Shown here one piece after another: positions 16,958-27,487 of a DNA stretch of 64,000 nucleotides. How positions within the stretch are numbered: the stretch's first letter is position 1; every line of letters starts with the position of its first letter. This stretch comes from Candidatus Omnitrophota bacterium (GTDB lineage: Bacteria; Omnitrophota; Gorgyraeia; S143-82). The position numbers and the translations under genes were made by a program. The stretch is taken from positions 10,431-74,430 of the forward strand of contig WGBD01000006.1 in NCBI GenBank assembly GCA_015494465.1, read 5' to 3'. The notes under the pieces were generated by a model, which saw only the letters and a program-made list of their open reading frames with translations, searched no databases and had not been told where the DNA came from.

Positions 16958-17218
16958 TTACAGTTTTCTGGCTATCGCGGACCTGTCTACGTCTATCTTG
17001 GCATCCCCGCCTATTCTCAGGGTAATCACATCGTCCCGCACCGAAGCCACCATCCCGTGTATCCCCCCGATGGTGACCACCTTATCTCCGGGGCGCAGAG
17101 ACGCTATCATCCTCTTCCGCTCCTCCTGCTCCTTTTTTGCGGGTAATATTACAAGAAAGTAAAATACCCCCAATACGATCAGAAAGGGGACCAACTGGAG
17201 GATTAGGTTACTGTTCAT
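16958..17218 (-). CDS. yajC: preprotein translocase subunit YajC
   Basis: 86 aa. Single N-terminal TM helix followed by the conserved PGDKVVTIGGIHGMV region typical of YajC. Confidence 0.85.
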   Translation of the reverse strand: MNSNLILQLVPFLIVLGVFYFLVILPAKKEQEERKRMIASLRPGDKVVTIGGIHGMVASVRDDVITLRIGGDAKIDVDRSAIARKL

Positions 17219-18779
17219 TATCGCTCTCCTCCTGGGAATCGCCCGAAGACAGATCTTTCATGCTCAGCCCTATCTTCGTCTGCTCGGGATCTACCTTGAC
17301 TACCCTTACCTTTACCTTATCGTGGGGCTTGAGCTGGTCCAGGAGGGACTTGTCCATCTCGGACATGTATACCAGACCTTCCAGTTCGTCTTCAAGCTTT
17401 ACGAATACCCCAAAGTTCGTTATCTTGACGACCTCGCCTTCAACCTCCGTACCAACTTTATACCTTTCCACTATCTCCGGCCAAGGATTGGGACGCAACT
17501 GCTTTATCCCCAATGCGATCTTCTGGGCGTCCTTGTCCACCGCCAGGACCTTTACCTCTATTTCCTCACCCTTCTTGAGCACTTCCTGAGGGTGGGTTAT
17601 CCGTCTGGTCCAGGACATATCCGAGACGTGCACCATCCCCTCTATCCCGTCCAAGACCTCGACGAATGCCCCATAATCGGTGAAACCACGGACTATTCCC
17701 TTGACTACCGAGCCAACCGGAAGCTTGTCTTCGACGTCGTCCCAGGGATTCGGCTGTAACTGTTTCGTGCCCAAAGAGATCTTCCTGCGGTCCTTGTCCA
17801 CATTCAAGACTACCGCGGAGACCCTATCGCCTACCTTGTACAGGTCCGAAGGATTGATGCTTCTCCTGACCCAGGACATCTCAGAGACATGGACCAACCC
17901 TTCCACTCCAGGTTCTAATTCCACGAAGATACCGTACGGCATGATGTTCACGACCTCGCCTTCCACCTTGGAACCGACGGGATACTTCTCCTCTACCCTC
18001 TCCCACGGATCCTCGGTCAACTGCTTAAGGCCCAAGGCCACCTTCCCCGCCTCTTTGTCCACGGAGAGGACCTTGACCTTTACCTTATCGCCTACCTTCA
18101 ATATGTCGGAAGGGTGTCCAACCTTGCCCCAACTCATGTCAGTCACATGAAGCAGACCGTCCACCCCACCCAGGTCTATAAATGCACCAAAATCGGTGAT
18201 GTTCTTAACGATGCCCTCCCTTATGTCCCCCTCTTTCAGCTCCTGCCAGAGCCTCCTCTGGGCCTCTTCTTTCTCCTTCTGCAGGGCATCCCTTCTAGAG
18301 ACGACTATGTTCTTGCGGAGACGATTTATCTTGATGATCATGAAGTTGAAGTTCTGGCCTAACACCTGTCTCTCTTTGCCCCGGAAGGTAGAAAGGGAAT
18401 TGGGGAGGAAACAATCCATACCACATATGTCCACTATGAAGCCACCCTTCACGATGCGGGCAACCTTCCCCTCGACGATACTGCCTTCCTTATATTCTGC
18501 GATTATCTTCTCCCAGCCAAGGAGCCTATCCGCCTTGCGCTTAGAGATCACCAGAAAACCGTCCTCGTCTTCGGTGTTCTCTATGTAAACATTTATTTCT
18601 TTCCCTATGTCTATGTCCTCCCAAAGGAACTCGTCCTTGGGGATAAAGCCCTCAGACTTGTACCCTATATCCACCACTACCTCGTTGCCGGAGATCCTGA
18701 CGACCTTACCCTTGACTATCTGTCCGTCCTTGATCTCCTTGATGTGCTGGGCATACAGTTCCATCAACTCACTACTCAT
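17208..18779 (-). CDS. rpsA: 30S ribosomal protein S1
   Basis: 523 aa with six tandem S1/OB repeats (recurring G.V.G.V..I..FGAFV....G.EGL.H.S..SW motifs). Confidence 0.92.
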   Translation of the reverse strand: MSSELMELYAQHIKEIKDGQIVKGKVVRISGNEVVVDIGYKSEGFIPKDEFLWEDIDIGKEINVYIENTEDEDGFLVISKRKADRLLGWEKIIAEYKEGSIVEGKVARIVKGGFIVDICGMDCFLPNSLSTFRGKERQVLGQNFNFMIIKINRLRKNIVVSRRDALQKEKEEAQRRLWQELKEGDIREGIVKNITDFGAFIDLGGVDGLLHVTDMSWGKVGHPSDILKVGDKVKVKVLSVDKEAGKVALGLKQLTEDPWERVEEKYPVGSKVEGEVVNIMPYGIFVELEPGVEGLVHVSEMSWVRRSINPSDLYKVGDRVSAVVLNVDKDRRKISLGTKQLQPNPWDDVEDKLPVGSVVKGIVRGFTDYGAFVEVLDGIEGMVHVSDMSWTRRITHPQEVLKKGEEIEVKVLAVDKDAQKIALGIKQLRPNPWPEIVERYKVGTEVEGEVVKITNFGVFVKLEDELEGLVYMSEMDKSLLDQLKPHDKVKVRVVKVDPEQTKIGLSMKDLSSGDSQEESDNEQ

Positions 18780-19717
18780 CTGCTATCACCCTCCTCTACT
18801 TTTTCCTTAAATAGGAACTTCTCTATCTTCTCCTTGAAGGCCCCCACAAACCAATCCGGAGTGGAGGTCCCGCTTATTATCCCCACCCTTTTCTTGCCCT
18901 CTACCATGCCTGCGGATACCTGATCTAGATCCCACACATGACACGCCTGCGTCTTCTCCTTGGCTATCTCGTACAAGCGCCGGGTATTCGCGCTCTTCTT
19001 ACCGCCCAAGACGAAGACCACATCGCACCTCTCCGCCAGATCCCTGACTTCCTGTTGGCGGGTAATTACATCCCAACAGACGGTATTGTAGACTCTCACC
19101 TCCTTCGCGGGAAAATTCTTCTCAATCAAAGAACCAGCGACGGATCTGTATGTCACTAACGATTGCGTAGTCTGAGAAACTATACCGTACGACTTAAAAT
19201 CAAGGGATAAATTATCATTTAAAACATCTTCCTTGTCAACAACTATCAGAGAAGGGACAAGCGACTTGACCGCCATAACCTCGGGATGGTTCTTATCACC
19301 CAACATCACCACGCCAAAACCACTGCGATGGAGATCAAGGGCGATCTGCTGAAGCCTTTTCACATAAACACACATAAGATCCACCGTGCGCAACCTCTTC
19401 TCTTCACACCTCTTGCGAATGTGAGACGGGCTACCGTGGGAGGGCAGGAGTAGCAAGGATCCGTCAGGGACCTCCTCTATGTCCTTTACCACCACCAGAC
19501 CCTTCTCCTGGAGTCTGGCTATCTCCTGTTCGTTGTGTATAAACATACCCAGAGAATATACCTTTTCGTGGGGATGTTCTTCTAAGACCCGCTCGAGCTT
19601 GGAAACCGCATCCCTGACTCCAACGCAAAAACCGCAATTCTTCGCTACCAACAACTCAATGCTCATCCGCTCGATTCTCTCCTCACGATCCTGTCTGGAT
19701 GCTCGGTCTCCAACCAC
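18776..19717 (-). CDS. ispH: 4-hydroxy-3-methylbut-2-enyl diphosphate reductase IspH/LytB
   Basis: N-terminus MSIELLVAKNCGFCVGVRDAV, conserved HNEQE and SSNT-like segments. The likely true start is the internal Met at about 19666, whose ATG overlaps the plsC stop as ATGA. Confidence 0.85.
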   Translation of the reverse strand: MVGDRASRQDREERIERMSIELLVAKNCGFCVGVRDAVSKLERVLEEHPHEKVYSLGMFIHNEQEIARLQEKGLVVVKDIEEVPDGSLLLLPSHGSPSHIRKRCEEKRLRTVDLMCVYVKRLQQIALDLHRSGFGVVMLGDKNHPEVMAVKSLVPSLIVVDKEDVLNDNLSLDFKSYGIVSQTTQSLVTYRSVAGSLIEKNFPAKEVRVYNTVCWDVITRQQEVRDLAERCDVVFVLGGKKSANTRRLYEIAKEKTQACHVWDLDQVSAGMVEGKKRVGIISGTSTPDWFVGAFKEKIEKFLFKEKVEEGDSR

Positions 19718-20403
19718 CTCTTAAGGCGAGCTATCTCATCCATGACCCGCTGACCTATCCGTTGGGCGAGCTCCTTATCCAGACGCTTGCCTTTGCCTTT
19801 ATGCCCGGAGAAGTCCAAGGGTCTCCCGATCACTACCGTGATCTTACTTGGGGAGAGCCTGACCGCCCCTCTAGGTAGGGCCTCAAAGGTCCCTTCTATA
19901 AACACCGGAACCACTGGCAAGCCCGTTGCCTGCACGACGAATCCCAGTCCCGGTCTAGGAGGAAGGAGCTCACCCGTCGGGGTCCGCTCCCCTTCAGGGA
20001 ATATCACAAACGGCTGGTTGGTGCGCTGAAAGTAGGTGATCCAGCGGAAAAACCTCTTAAGATCCCGAGGATTTGGCGAGATCGGCACCGCACCTTGAGA
20101 GCGGATCAGCCAAGTAAAGACGGGATTGAGCTCAAAGAGCTCGTGTTTGGCGAAGTAGCGCAAGGGCCGACCCAAAAAGGCTATACCTATCAACGGGGGA
20201 TCCAAGTGGCTTTCGTGGTTTGGAGCGACAATAAAACAGCCCTCTGGGATGTTCTCTCGACCGTAGACCTTTAGATCGTAGCCAAAGTGATAGAACGAGC
20301 CCACCACCCCTACCGAGAGCCAGTGGTAGAGGAACCTAAGTGGAAGCAGTGCCCTATTAAAAAACCAGTCCCAGACTACATCCTTAGAACTGGATGTCTT
20401 CAT
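19663..20403 (-). CDS. plsC: 1-acyl-sn-glycerol-3-phosphate acyltransferase
   Basis: 246 aa. Acyltransferase motifs NHESHLDP (HxxxxD) and FPEGERT. Confidence 0.85.
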   Translation of the reverse strand: MKTSSSKDVVWDWFFNRALLPLRFLYHWLSVGVVGSFYHFGYDLKVYGRENIPEGCFIVAPNHESHLDPPLIGIAFLGRPLRYFAKHELFELNPVFTWLIRSQGAVPISPNPRDLKRFFRWITYFQRTNQPFVIFPEGERTPTGELLPPRPGLGFVVQATGLPVVPVFIEGTFEALPRGAVRLSPSKITVVIGRPLDFSGHKGKGKRLDKELAQRIGQRVMDEIARLKRWLETEHPDRIVRRESSG

Positions 20404-21889
20404 TTACCATCCTTCTCTTTATCTCGTAGTAGATGATGTTCAGGGTGTGCTCTATGGACAGGTGGGTACTGTCCACATAAAAGGCATCCCTAGCCTTTCT
20501 CAAGGGCCCCATACTCCTGCGCAGGTCACTTGCGTCCCTCAGAAGCATGTCCCTGCGCAGGACCTCGAGGGCTATCTCTATCTTTCTATGCCTTAGGTCG
20601 TTGAACCTGCGCTTGACCCTCTCCTCAAAACTCGCATCCAAGTAGAACTTGAACCTGGCCTCGGGTATGACCTCAGTGGTGACATCCCTACCCTCGATAA
20701 CTGCCTTGCCCTGGAGGGCCATCTCCCTTTGGATTGCCACGAAGTGCCTTCTCACCTCTGGTTCCCGAGCCAGATAAACCACATTCTTGGTAACCTCCGG
20801 CACCCTTATCTCCTCGCTCACATCCTCCCCGTTCAGCAGGACCCTTGGAGGGACATCCTCCGTCAGCTCTATGGACGAGGCCTTCACGCACTCCACCACC
20901 GCATCCACATCCTCGAGATCCACCTCTTTTCGCATACAGGCCAGGGTCCCTGCCCTGTACATAGCTCCCGTATCTATAAGCCTAAAGCCCAAACGCACCG
21001 CTAGGAGTTTTGCGATCGTGCTCTTACCCGCCCCTGCAGGGCCGTCTATCGCCACCGTATAGACGCAATCCCCCTCTCGATAAGGGAGATAAGAAACGAC
21101 TACTTCCCGCCCCTCCTTTATCGCAGAGAGCTTCTCACCAAAGGCCTCGAGGAACGCATCCCCCGCCTCCTCCACCCACTGACGATTGTGGCGGAAGATA
21201 CCGTTCCAGAGGTGGATGTCCGCGTTGGCAATGCGGGTCAAGTCCCTAAAGGCCCCAGCGGAAAATCGAACCATCTCGTCCTTCACCACATCTCGATAAG
21301 AAAAGGAGATCAGGTGGGGAAGATGAGAGGTGTAGGCCAGTATGCGATCGTGCTCCTCTGCGGAAAGGCGGTACACATCCATACCCAAAAAGTTAAATAC
21401 CAGCTCTGCCATCTCCAAGACATCTTCCGGCACCCCTTCTACAGGACATATAACCGCCGGTCTAGAAAAGAACAGATCCTTTCGGGAATGCTCAAATCCA
21501 GTCAGGTGTGAGCCAGCGATCGGATGGGCCGGGATAAACCAGACCTGCGGATGGGCATCCCTAAGTTCCAGATACCGTCTGTAGATAGGGCCCTTTACAC
21601 TGCCCACATCCATGATCAAGGCCCCCGGAGAGACCGAAGAGAGGACCTGAGGTAGGTGTGAGATGATGTGATCTATAGGCGTTGCCAAGAAGACCACCTG
21701 GCTATCTGCTAGGGCAGAATAGTCGGTAGCGAAGGAATCGATTATCCCCAACTCCTTTGCCTTCTGCAATCGTTCGGGATTCCTGCCCACGCCCAAGACC
21801 TCTTTGGCCAAACCACTAAACCTCAACCTCCGGGCGATAGAACCCCCTATAAGCCCTACACCGACCACCGCTAACTTGACCTGTTCCAA
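20384..21889 (-). CDS. bifunctional prephenate/arogenate dehydrogenase (TyrA) - cytidylate kinase (Cmk) fusion
   Basis: 501 aa. N-terminal half: Rossmann KLAVVGVGLIGGSIA, HPIAGSH and SHLPHL TyrA motifs. C-terminal half: VAIDGPAGAGKSTIAKLLAVRLGFRLIDTGAMYRA, a canonical Cmk P-loop. Single open frame. Confidence 0.8.
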   Translation of the reverse strand: MEQVKLAVVGVGLIGGSIARRLRFSGLAKEVLGVGRNPERLQKAKELGIIDSFATDYSALADSQVVFLATPIDHIISHLPQVLSSVSPGALIMDVGSVKGPIYRRYLELRDAHPQVWFIPAHPIAGSHLTGFEHSRKDLFFSRPAVICPVEGVPEDVLEMAELVFNFLGMDVYRLSAEEHDRILAYTSHLPHLISFSYRDVVKDEMVRFSAGAFRDLTRIANADIHLWNGIFRHNRQWVEEAGDAFLEAFGEKLSAIKEGREVVVSYLPYREGDCVYTVAIDGPAGAGKSTIAKLLAVRLGFRLIDTGAMYRAGTLACMRKEVDLEDVDAVVECVKASSIELTEDVPPRVLLNGEDVSEEIRVPEVTKNVVYLAREPEVRRHFVAIQREMALQGKAVIEGRDVTTEVIPEARFKFYLDASFEERVKRRFNDLRHRKIEIALEVLRRDMLLRDASDLRRSMGPLRKARDAFYVDSTHLSIEHTLNIIYYEIKRRMVNEDIQF

Positions 21890-21903
21890 TGTCCACCTCC
21901 AGA

Positions 21904-22758
21904 TTATCCGCGCTTTAGCGCCCTCATCATCACCTCAATCGGAGGGTTCTTGCCCGTCCAGTGCTTGAACGCAACCGCTCCTTGACGCAACAGCATCCCA
22001 AGCCCGTTGGCGAACCTCATCTTCCTGCGCTTGGCAGACCGCAACAAAGGAGTGAGTGGCGGGTTGTATACCAGATCGTACACCAATGCCTTTTGATTTA
22101 TCTTAGACAGATCCACCACCTCCGGATCCGACGGTTTCATCCCCACGGGCGTAGCGTTAACCAAGAGGTCCACCTCGGGACCGATTCTATCCAAATCCTC
22201 CTTTTCTATCAAGCCAAACTCAACCTCCGGATAATTTTTTCGGAGATCCCTCATCAGGCGACGGGCCTTGCCTTTATCGATGTCGTTTATGTACACCGCC
22301 CTGGGCTGACAATCCGCCAGCCCGAAGCAAACCGCCCGGGAGGCACCTCCCGCGCCTATCACCACGCAGGTCTTGCCCTTCGGTGAGAAACGGCAGGTGT
22401 CTCGCAGGTCGCGTATAAACCCCTCCACGTCGGTATTGGTGCCTATCAACTTATCCCCTCGGCGGAATATCGTGTTCACCGCCCCTATCCTCTGGGCAAC
22501 TAAAGTCACCTCGTCGAGGAATCTTATTACCTTCTCCTTATGGGGTACCGTAACATTCAGGCCCTCTATACCCAGCCCGCGCATACCCTCGATCGCCCTC
22601 TTGAGATCCTGCGGAGGGACCTCAAAGCAGAGGTACACCGCATCTATCCCCAGATGCTGGAAGGCAGAGTTGTGCATCGCCGGAGACATACTGTGTCTCA
22701 CCGGATATCCGATCAATCCGTAGACCCTGGTAGTCCCGCTTATCCTAAACTTGGCCAT
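21904..22758 (-). CDS. aroE: shikimate dehydrogenase
   Basis: 284 aa. Substrate-site NVTVPHK and NTD motifs, NADP site GAGGASRAV. Confidence 0.88.
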   Translation of the reverse strand: MAKFRISGTTRVYGLIGYPVRHSMSPAMHNSAFQHLGIDAVYLCFEVPPQDLKRAIEGMRGLGIEGLNVTVPHKEKVIRFLDEVTLVAQRIGAVNTIFRRGDKLIGTNTDVEGFIRDLRDTCRFSPKGKTCVVIGAGGASRAVCFGLADCQPRAVYINDIDKGKARRLMRDLRKNYPEVEFGLIEKEDLDRIGPEVDLLVNATPVGMKPSDPEVVDLSKINQKALVYDLVYNPPLTPLLRSAKRRKMRFANGLGMLLRQGAVAFKHWTGKNPPIEVMMRALKRG

Positions 22759-22798
22759 ATACGATCCCTCCCCTTACACTTCCCCATTTGAGTTGGAC

Positions 22799-23827
22799 TC
22801 AAAACAACCGAGAGGAGTTCAGGCCCTTTCCGGTGATGTGTTTGTAGCCCTTCTCGGTGATCTGCCTGCCCCGCGGGGTCCTCTTCAGGAGACCTGCTTT
22901 CAACAAAAAGGGCTCAACCACATCCACCAAGGTATCCTGTTCCTCGTTCAGGGTGGCAGAAAGGGACTCTATCCCCACCGGACCACCGTCGTATACCTCT
23001 ACCAAGACCCTAAGGAACTTCCTATCCAACTCGTCCAGACCCAATTCGTCTATGCCCAAGGCAGACAGGGCCTCGTTTGCCACCTCGCGGGTGATCCGAC
23101 CGTCCGCCTTCACCTGGGCGAAGTCCCTGACCCTCCTCAACAAACGATTGGCAATCCGGGGGGTCCCCCGTGAGCGCCGGGCGATCTCCATCGCACCCTC
23201 CAGCTCCACCTCCACCCCCAAAAGGACGCTGGATCGCATGATTATCTTGAGGAGATCCTCAGGCTCGTAAAAGTCCAGATGGTAAAAGAATCCAAACCTG
23301 CTCCGCATGGGCCCGCTCAATAGGCCACTGCGGGTAGTGGCTCCGACCAAGGTAAATGGCTTTAGATTGAACTTGACCGTGCGGGCGTAGGGGCCTTTGT
23401 CTATCACGAAGTCTATCTTGAAAGACTCTATTGCGGGGTAGAGGAACTCTTCTATTACCCTCGGAAGCCTGTGTATCTCGTCTATGAAGAGGATGTCCCC
23501 CTCTTCCAAGTTCGTCAATATCCCCACCAGATCCCCCGGCCGTTCCAGAGCAGGGCCCGAGGTGGCCACCAATTGCGATCCCATCTCCTTGGCTATGATG
23601 TGGGCAAGGGTGGTCTTCCCCAACCCCGGAGGGCCCGAGAGGAGGATGTGCTCTATGACCTCTCCCCTCTGCTTGGCAGCGGAGATCCCTATGCGCAGGT
23701 TCTCTACTATGTGGGGCTGACCTATAAATTCCTCAAGGGACTGGGGACGCAGGGACCAGGAAAAGGCCTTGTCCTCCTCCAATTCGTTCGCACTCACCAG
23801 CCGGGAAATGTCAAAACCCTCGTCCAT
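22799..23827 (-). CDS. ruvB: Holliday junction DNA helicase RuvB
   Basis: 342 aa. Walker [19 protein letters not shown], Walker [12 protein letters not shown]-terminal winged helix. Confidence 0.93.
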   Translation of the reverse strand: MDEGFDISRLVSANELEEDKAFSWSLRPQSLEEFIGQPHIVENLRIGISAAKQRGEVIEHILLSGPPGLGKTTLAHIIAKEMGSQLVATSGPALERPGDLVGILTNLEEGDILFIDEIHRLPRVIEEFLYPAIESFKIDFVIDKGPYARTVKFNLKPFTLVGATTRSGLLSGPMRSRFGFFYHLDFYEPEDLLKIIMRSSVLLGVEVELEGAMEIARRSRGTPRIANRLLRRVRDFAQVKADGRITREVANEALSALGIDELGLDELDRKFLRVLVEVYDGGPVGIESLSATLNEEQDTLVDVVEPFLLKAGLLKRTPRGRQITEKGYKHITGKGLNSSRLF

Positions 23828-23832
23828 AGTGC

Positions 23833-24747
23833 TCAGAAGTGTTTAAATCCCCTCGGGCCCAACGGCACCACGCTCAATCCATCCCTTAAGTACAATCCAA
23901 CTTTACCCGATTCGAGGACCTTCCCTATGGGATAAAACTTATACCTCGTATTAGGTAAACTTGCGTACAACCTGCGGGAGTCCTTCTCGTCCATACAGAA
24001 AAGAAGTTCGAAGTCCTCACCCATGTAGAGGGCCTCGTCAAACGAACGGGCGTCCTTGTGCAGGGGGATCTTCTCCCTTATCAATTCCGCAGTGCAATTG
24101 CTCTCCTCAAGTATGTGATAGAGGTCCGCCACCAAACCGTCGGAGATGTCTATCATGGCGGTTGGGCGAAAATTAATCACCAGATACCTGGCCTCAGGGA
24201 TCCGGGGAGAGACCAGCATGTGCCGACCGTAGATGCTCCCTCCCAAGGGGCCGGATACCCATATCCAGTCCCCCTTTCTGGCCCCGGATCTGGTGACCAG
24301 CCTGTCTTTCTCAACCTTCCCAATGCAACTCATACTCAGGTAGAGCACATCGCTCCTTACCGTATCCCCTCCCACGATCTCCACCGAGAACAACTCCAAC
24401 AAGAAGCGCATGCCCTCGAATATCTCCTCCAGATCCCGATCCTCAACATAGCCCGGCACGCCGACATCCACGGTAAGCCAGAGGGGATAGCCTCCCATCG
24501 CTGATATGTCGCTCAGGACCGCCCCAACCGCCTTCCTGCCGATCAATCCTTTGTCAGGGATGTTGAAGAAAAAGTGCTGACCGTCCACGATAGAATCGCT
24601 GGCCACAAGCAAGTAGTCATCCTTCAACCCGACATCCAAGACCGCAGAATCGTCTCCTATCCCGACGACTGTATCCTTCCTGCGGAGGGAAGCGAACCTG
24701 GATCGGATGTCTGCTACGAACTGAAACTCGTCCTTAACCATCCTCAA
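23833..24747 (-). CDS. thiL: thiamine-monophosphate kinase (PurM-like AIR-synthase fold)
   Basis: 304 aa. PurM-superfamily N-terminal motif [12 protein letters not shown]. Length and layout fit ThiL rather than PurM, HypE or SelD. Confidence 0.7.
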   Translation of the reverse strand: MRMVKDEFQFVADIRSRFASLRRKDTVVGIGDDSAVLDVGLKDDYLLVASDSIVDGQHFFFNIPDKGLIGRKAVGAVLSDISAMGGYPLWLTVDVGVPGYVEDRDLEEIFEGMRFLLELFSVEIVGGDTVRSDVLYLSMSCIGKVEKDRLVTRSGARKGDWIWVSGPLGGSIYGRHMLVSPRIPEARYLVINFRPTAMIDISDGLVADLYHILEESNCTAELIREKIPLHKDARSFDEALYMGEDFELLFCMDEKDSRRLYASLPNTRYKFYPIGKVLESGKVGLYLRDGLSVVPLGPRGFKHF

Positions 24748-26819
24748 TCAGTCCTTCTGCGATAACTACTTCTGAGTTGTACCCCCACATCCGGAAAGGC
24801 CTTTATTCTCATTATAACCCAAAAAGTCGAACTACCGTACTTTTCGTCGCTGTAGGCAACCTCCAACTCCCAACAACCCAGATCCTTTATCACCGCGTAG
24901 GTCTGCTCCTGCATCGCCCCTTCCTCGAACTCGTAGCGATGATAGGTCTCCAGCCTCCATCCCTCCGCCACCTGCCACTTGCACTCAGCGACAGTTTGGG
25001 CCATATCACCCCTGCGATACTGATGGCCTAGCCCCACCTCCAGCGCATCAAAGGGCCTAAACCAGAGATCCACCGATCCGTAACGCCAGTCCCCCTCGTC
25101 GAGTCCATAGCGGTACTCCGCATCCAGCCTCCATCTGTCCGAAGGCCTATAAGTGCCTTCCAAGTCCAGATAATCGAACCAACTACCCCTCTCAGGCCTT
25201 ATGTGGTACATTGCGGACCAGTCAAACTTCAGGACATCCCGCACCGAGCCGTCTTCCCTTTTAACCTGAATCAGGTTCTCCATACCAAAGGAAAGGTCGT
25301 TGGTCCTCTCTATCCCGTCCAGCCAGTCGAACTGCTGGAGCCTCTCTGCCCTCACCGTCGGCCAGGGATTGTAGCGATAGCGTATCCAGGGCCTTACCAC
25401 ATGGCGCACATCGTCGGAGAACAGCTTGTAAAGGCGAGTAGAGAGGTCCAATCCGCAGTAGCCCACACCCCGCCACAGGCCCTCTTCTCCCTCCACATCC
25501 CGGGAATAATAGGTCTGCCGGACACCCACATAAGGAGAGATGTCGATGTGGCCCAGCGAGGCGGTGTAGAGCAGTTGCAGATAACCGTCCACCCTCCAAG
25601 CGGACAGGGCAGAAGAACCGTCGGAGAACCTGCGGGATAGGTTGTCTGCCTGCAAGTCCCCGGAGACATAGAAGTTGTCCAGCAACTTGTGGGAATAAAG
25701 TGTGTACTTCAGCTGGGGCAGATATTCCGTTTCGGTGTAAAAGTGATTCACCCGCTTCTCAAGATATAAGGAGAAAGTGCCTAAAGGATCGTCGCGGGTA
25801 TAAAGGAGGTAGGATATGGGAGTGGGATCGTATTCGTACTCCTCGTTGTAGTAGAAGTCCTTCAGGACATACTTATCGCTGAACTTGTGATACTCCAAGA
25901 CCAGTCTCTGATCATCGTCTATATCCCACTGGTGGATCAACTGAACCTTATACCTGTCCCGCTTGCGCAGGCCTCCCAGATCCTCCAATAGCTCATCGTC
26001 CTTTTCGTGGAGGTAATAGGTGCGCAATATACCACTGCCAAATGCAGTGTGGTAAAACAGATCCGGCCCGAATCCGATCCCTCTCTTCTCCCTCCAGTCC
26101 AGATTGAACTTGGCATCCAGGGAGTCGCTCAAACTCTGCTTAACCGTGGTGAGAACGAAGGCCCCCCAGTCCTCGTCGTGTCCGGGCACTACCTTTATGT
26201 TGGGACGCCGATCGTCCAACCTGTGTACATACTTGGGAAAGTAGAACAATGTGTACCTGCCCACCTTAAACCGGACCTTCTTCGCGACGACCTTCTCCCC
26301 GGGATAGATCTCAACCGACCTGGCCACCAGACGGTAATTCAAAGGATGGGGGCGGGCAGGATCGCAGGTGGTGATGTAACAGCTATCTGCGGAATACTTC
26401 TCCGGACCTTCCCTGCGCAACTCCTCTGCAGAGCCGTAATAAGGTCCTGATGAAAAGTCAGCCTTCAGGATTTTACCTCTCTCGTCGTCGAAGTCGTACT
26501 CCGCATAATCTCCCTGAAGCACCCCTCTGGGTTCCACTATCACGACATGCCCCTTGGCCCGGGCGAGATTCTCTTTGAGGTCCACATCCGCGTAGTCGCA
26601 GTTTATCCTCACATTCTCGTAAGTGACGACCACATGCCCCCGTGCCTCCACGAACCTCCCGCCTTCCTTGTAGGTAATCCTGTCTCCCTTTACCTCTATG
26701 GGCACCTTGGCCTGGGCAAGGCAGGAAAGAGAAAATACTAATGCCAACGCAAGTCCCAGTCTAGACCTCATCCTGCATCCTCCGACTACTTGCCTATCTT
26801 CTCCTTCAAGGCCTCCCAA
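24744..26819 (-). CDS. lptD: LPS-assembly outer membrane protein LptD/OstA
   Basis: Signal peptide [21 protein letters not shown] (probable true start at about 26771). N-terminal OstA domain ([37 protein letters not shown]) followed by a large beta-barrel-like, Y/W/D-rich region. Confidence 0.8.
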   Translation of the reverse strand: MGGLEGEDRQVVGGCRMRSRLGLALALVFSLSCLAQAKVPIEVKGDRITYKEGGRFVEARGHVVVTYENVRINCDYADVDLKENLARAKGHVVIVEPRGVLQGDYAEYDFDDERGKILKADFSSGPYYGSAEELRREGPEKYSADSCYITTCDPARPHPLNYRLVARSVEIYPGEKVVAKKVRFKVGRYTLFYFPKYVHRLDDRRPNIKVVPGHDEDWGAFVLTTVKQSLSDSLDAKFNLDWREKRGIGFGPDLFYHTAFGSGILRTYYLHEKDDELLEDLGGLRKRDRYKVQLIHQWDIDDDQRLVLEYHKFSDKYVLKDFYYNEEYEYDPTPISYLLYTRDDPLGTFSLYLEKRVNHFYTETEYLPQLKYTLYSHKLLDNFYVSGDLQADNLSRRFSDGSSALSAWRVDGYLQLLYTASLGHIDISPYVGVRQTYYSRDVEGEEGLWRGVGYCGLDLSTRLYKLFSDDVRHVVRPWIRYRYNPWPTVRAERLQQFDWLDGIERTNDLSFGMENLIQVKREDGSVRDVLKFDWSAMYHIRPERGSWFDYLDLEGTYRPSDRWRLDAEYRYGLDEGDWRYGSVDLWFRPFDALEVGLGHQYRRGDMAQTVAECKWQVAEGWRLETYHRYEFEEGAMQEQTYAVIKDLGCWELEVAYSDEKYGSSTFWVIMRIKAFPDVGVQLRSSYRRRTD

Positions 26820-27487
26820 TCCCGCAGAAAGCGCTCTATACCCACATCCGTCAACGGATGCCTGACCAGAAGGGTAAGGGTCTTGAACGGTATCGTGGCT
26901 ATGTCCGCCCCCATCTTGGCCGACAGGAGCACATGTGCTGGATGCCTGACGCTGGCGACGATCACCTCAGTGTCAAAACCGTAATTGTCGTAGATCTCTA
27001 TGATGTCCCGCACCAGTCCCATACCGTCGTGCCCGATGTCGTCCAGCCGTCCCACGAAGGGAGATATGTAGGTCGCCCCTGCCTTTGCTGCCAAGAGCGC
27101 CTGATTCGGGGAAAAGCAGAGGGTAACATTGGTAGGAATCCCCTCCTCGCTCAAGATCCTCACCGCCTTCAAGCCCTCCAGGGTAAGCGGGATCTTTATC
27201 ACTATGTTGTCCGCGATCCTGCGCAGGTCCCGGGCCTCCTTCACCATCCCCTCTGCCTCAAGGGAGATCACCTCCGCACTAACCGGTCCGTCCACCACCG
27301 CGCATATCTTCTCCAACTGCTCTCGGGGATCCTTCCCCTCCTGGGAGAGAAGCGTAGGATTGGTGGTAACGCCGTCCAACAATCCCCACTCCTTGGCCTG
27401 CTTTATCTCCTCGAGATTGGCGGTATCCAAGAATATCCTCATAGCCTCCTCCTTGCAAATGTCACTCCTCATCCACCGCAAAACCAA
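26786..27487 (-). CDS. tal: transaldolase / fructose-6-phosphate aldolase (short Tal/FSA family)
   Basis: Probable true start [14 protein letters not shown] at about 27442, preceded by AGGAGGAGG. Conserved GVTTNPTL and catalytic-Lys region IKIP. Confidence 0.85.
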   Translation of the reverse strand: MVLRWMRSDICKEEAMRIFLDTANLEEIKQAKEWGLLDGVTTNPTLLSQEGKDPREQLEKICAVVDGPVSAEVISLEAEGMVKEARDLRRIADNIVIKIPLTLEGLKAVRILSEEGIPTNVTLCFSPNQALLAAKAGATYISPFVGRLDDIGHDGMGLVRDIIEIYDNYGFDTEVIVASVRHPAHVLLSAKMGADIATIPFKTLTLLVRHPLTDVGIERFLRDWEALKEKIGK

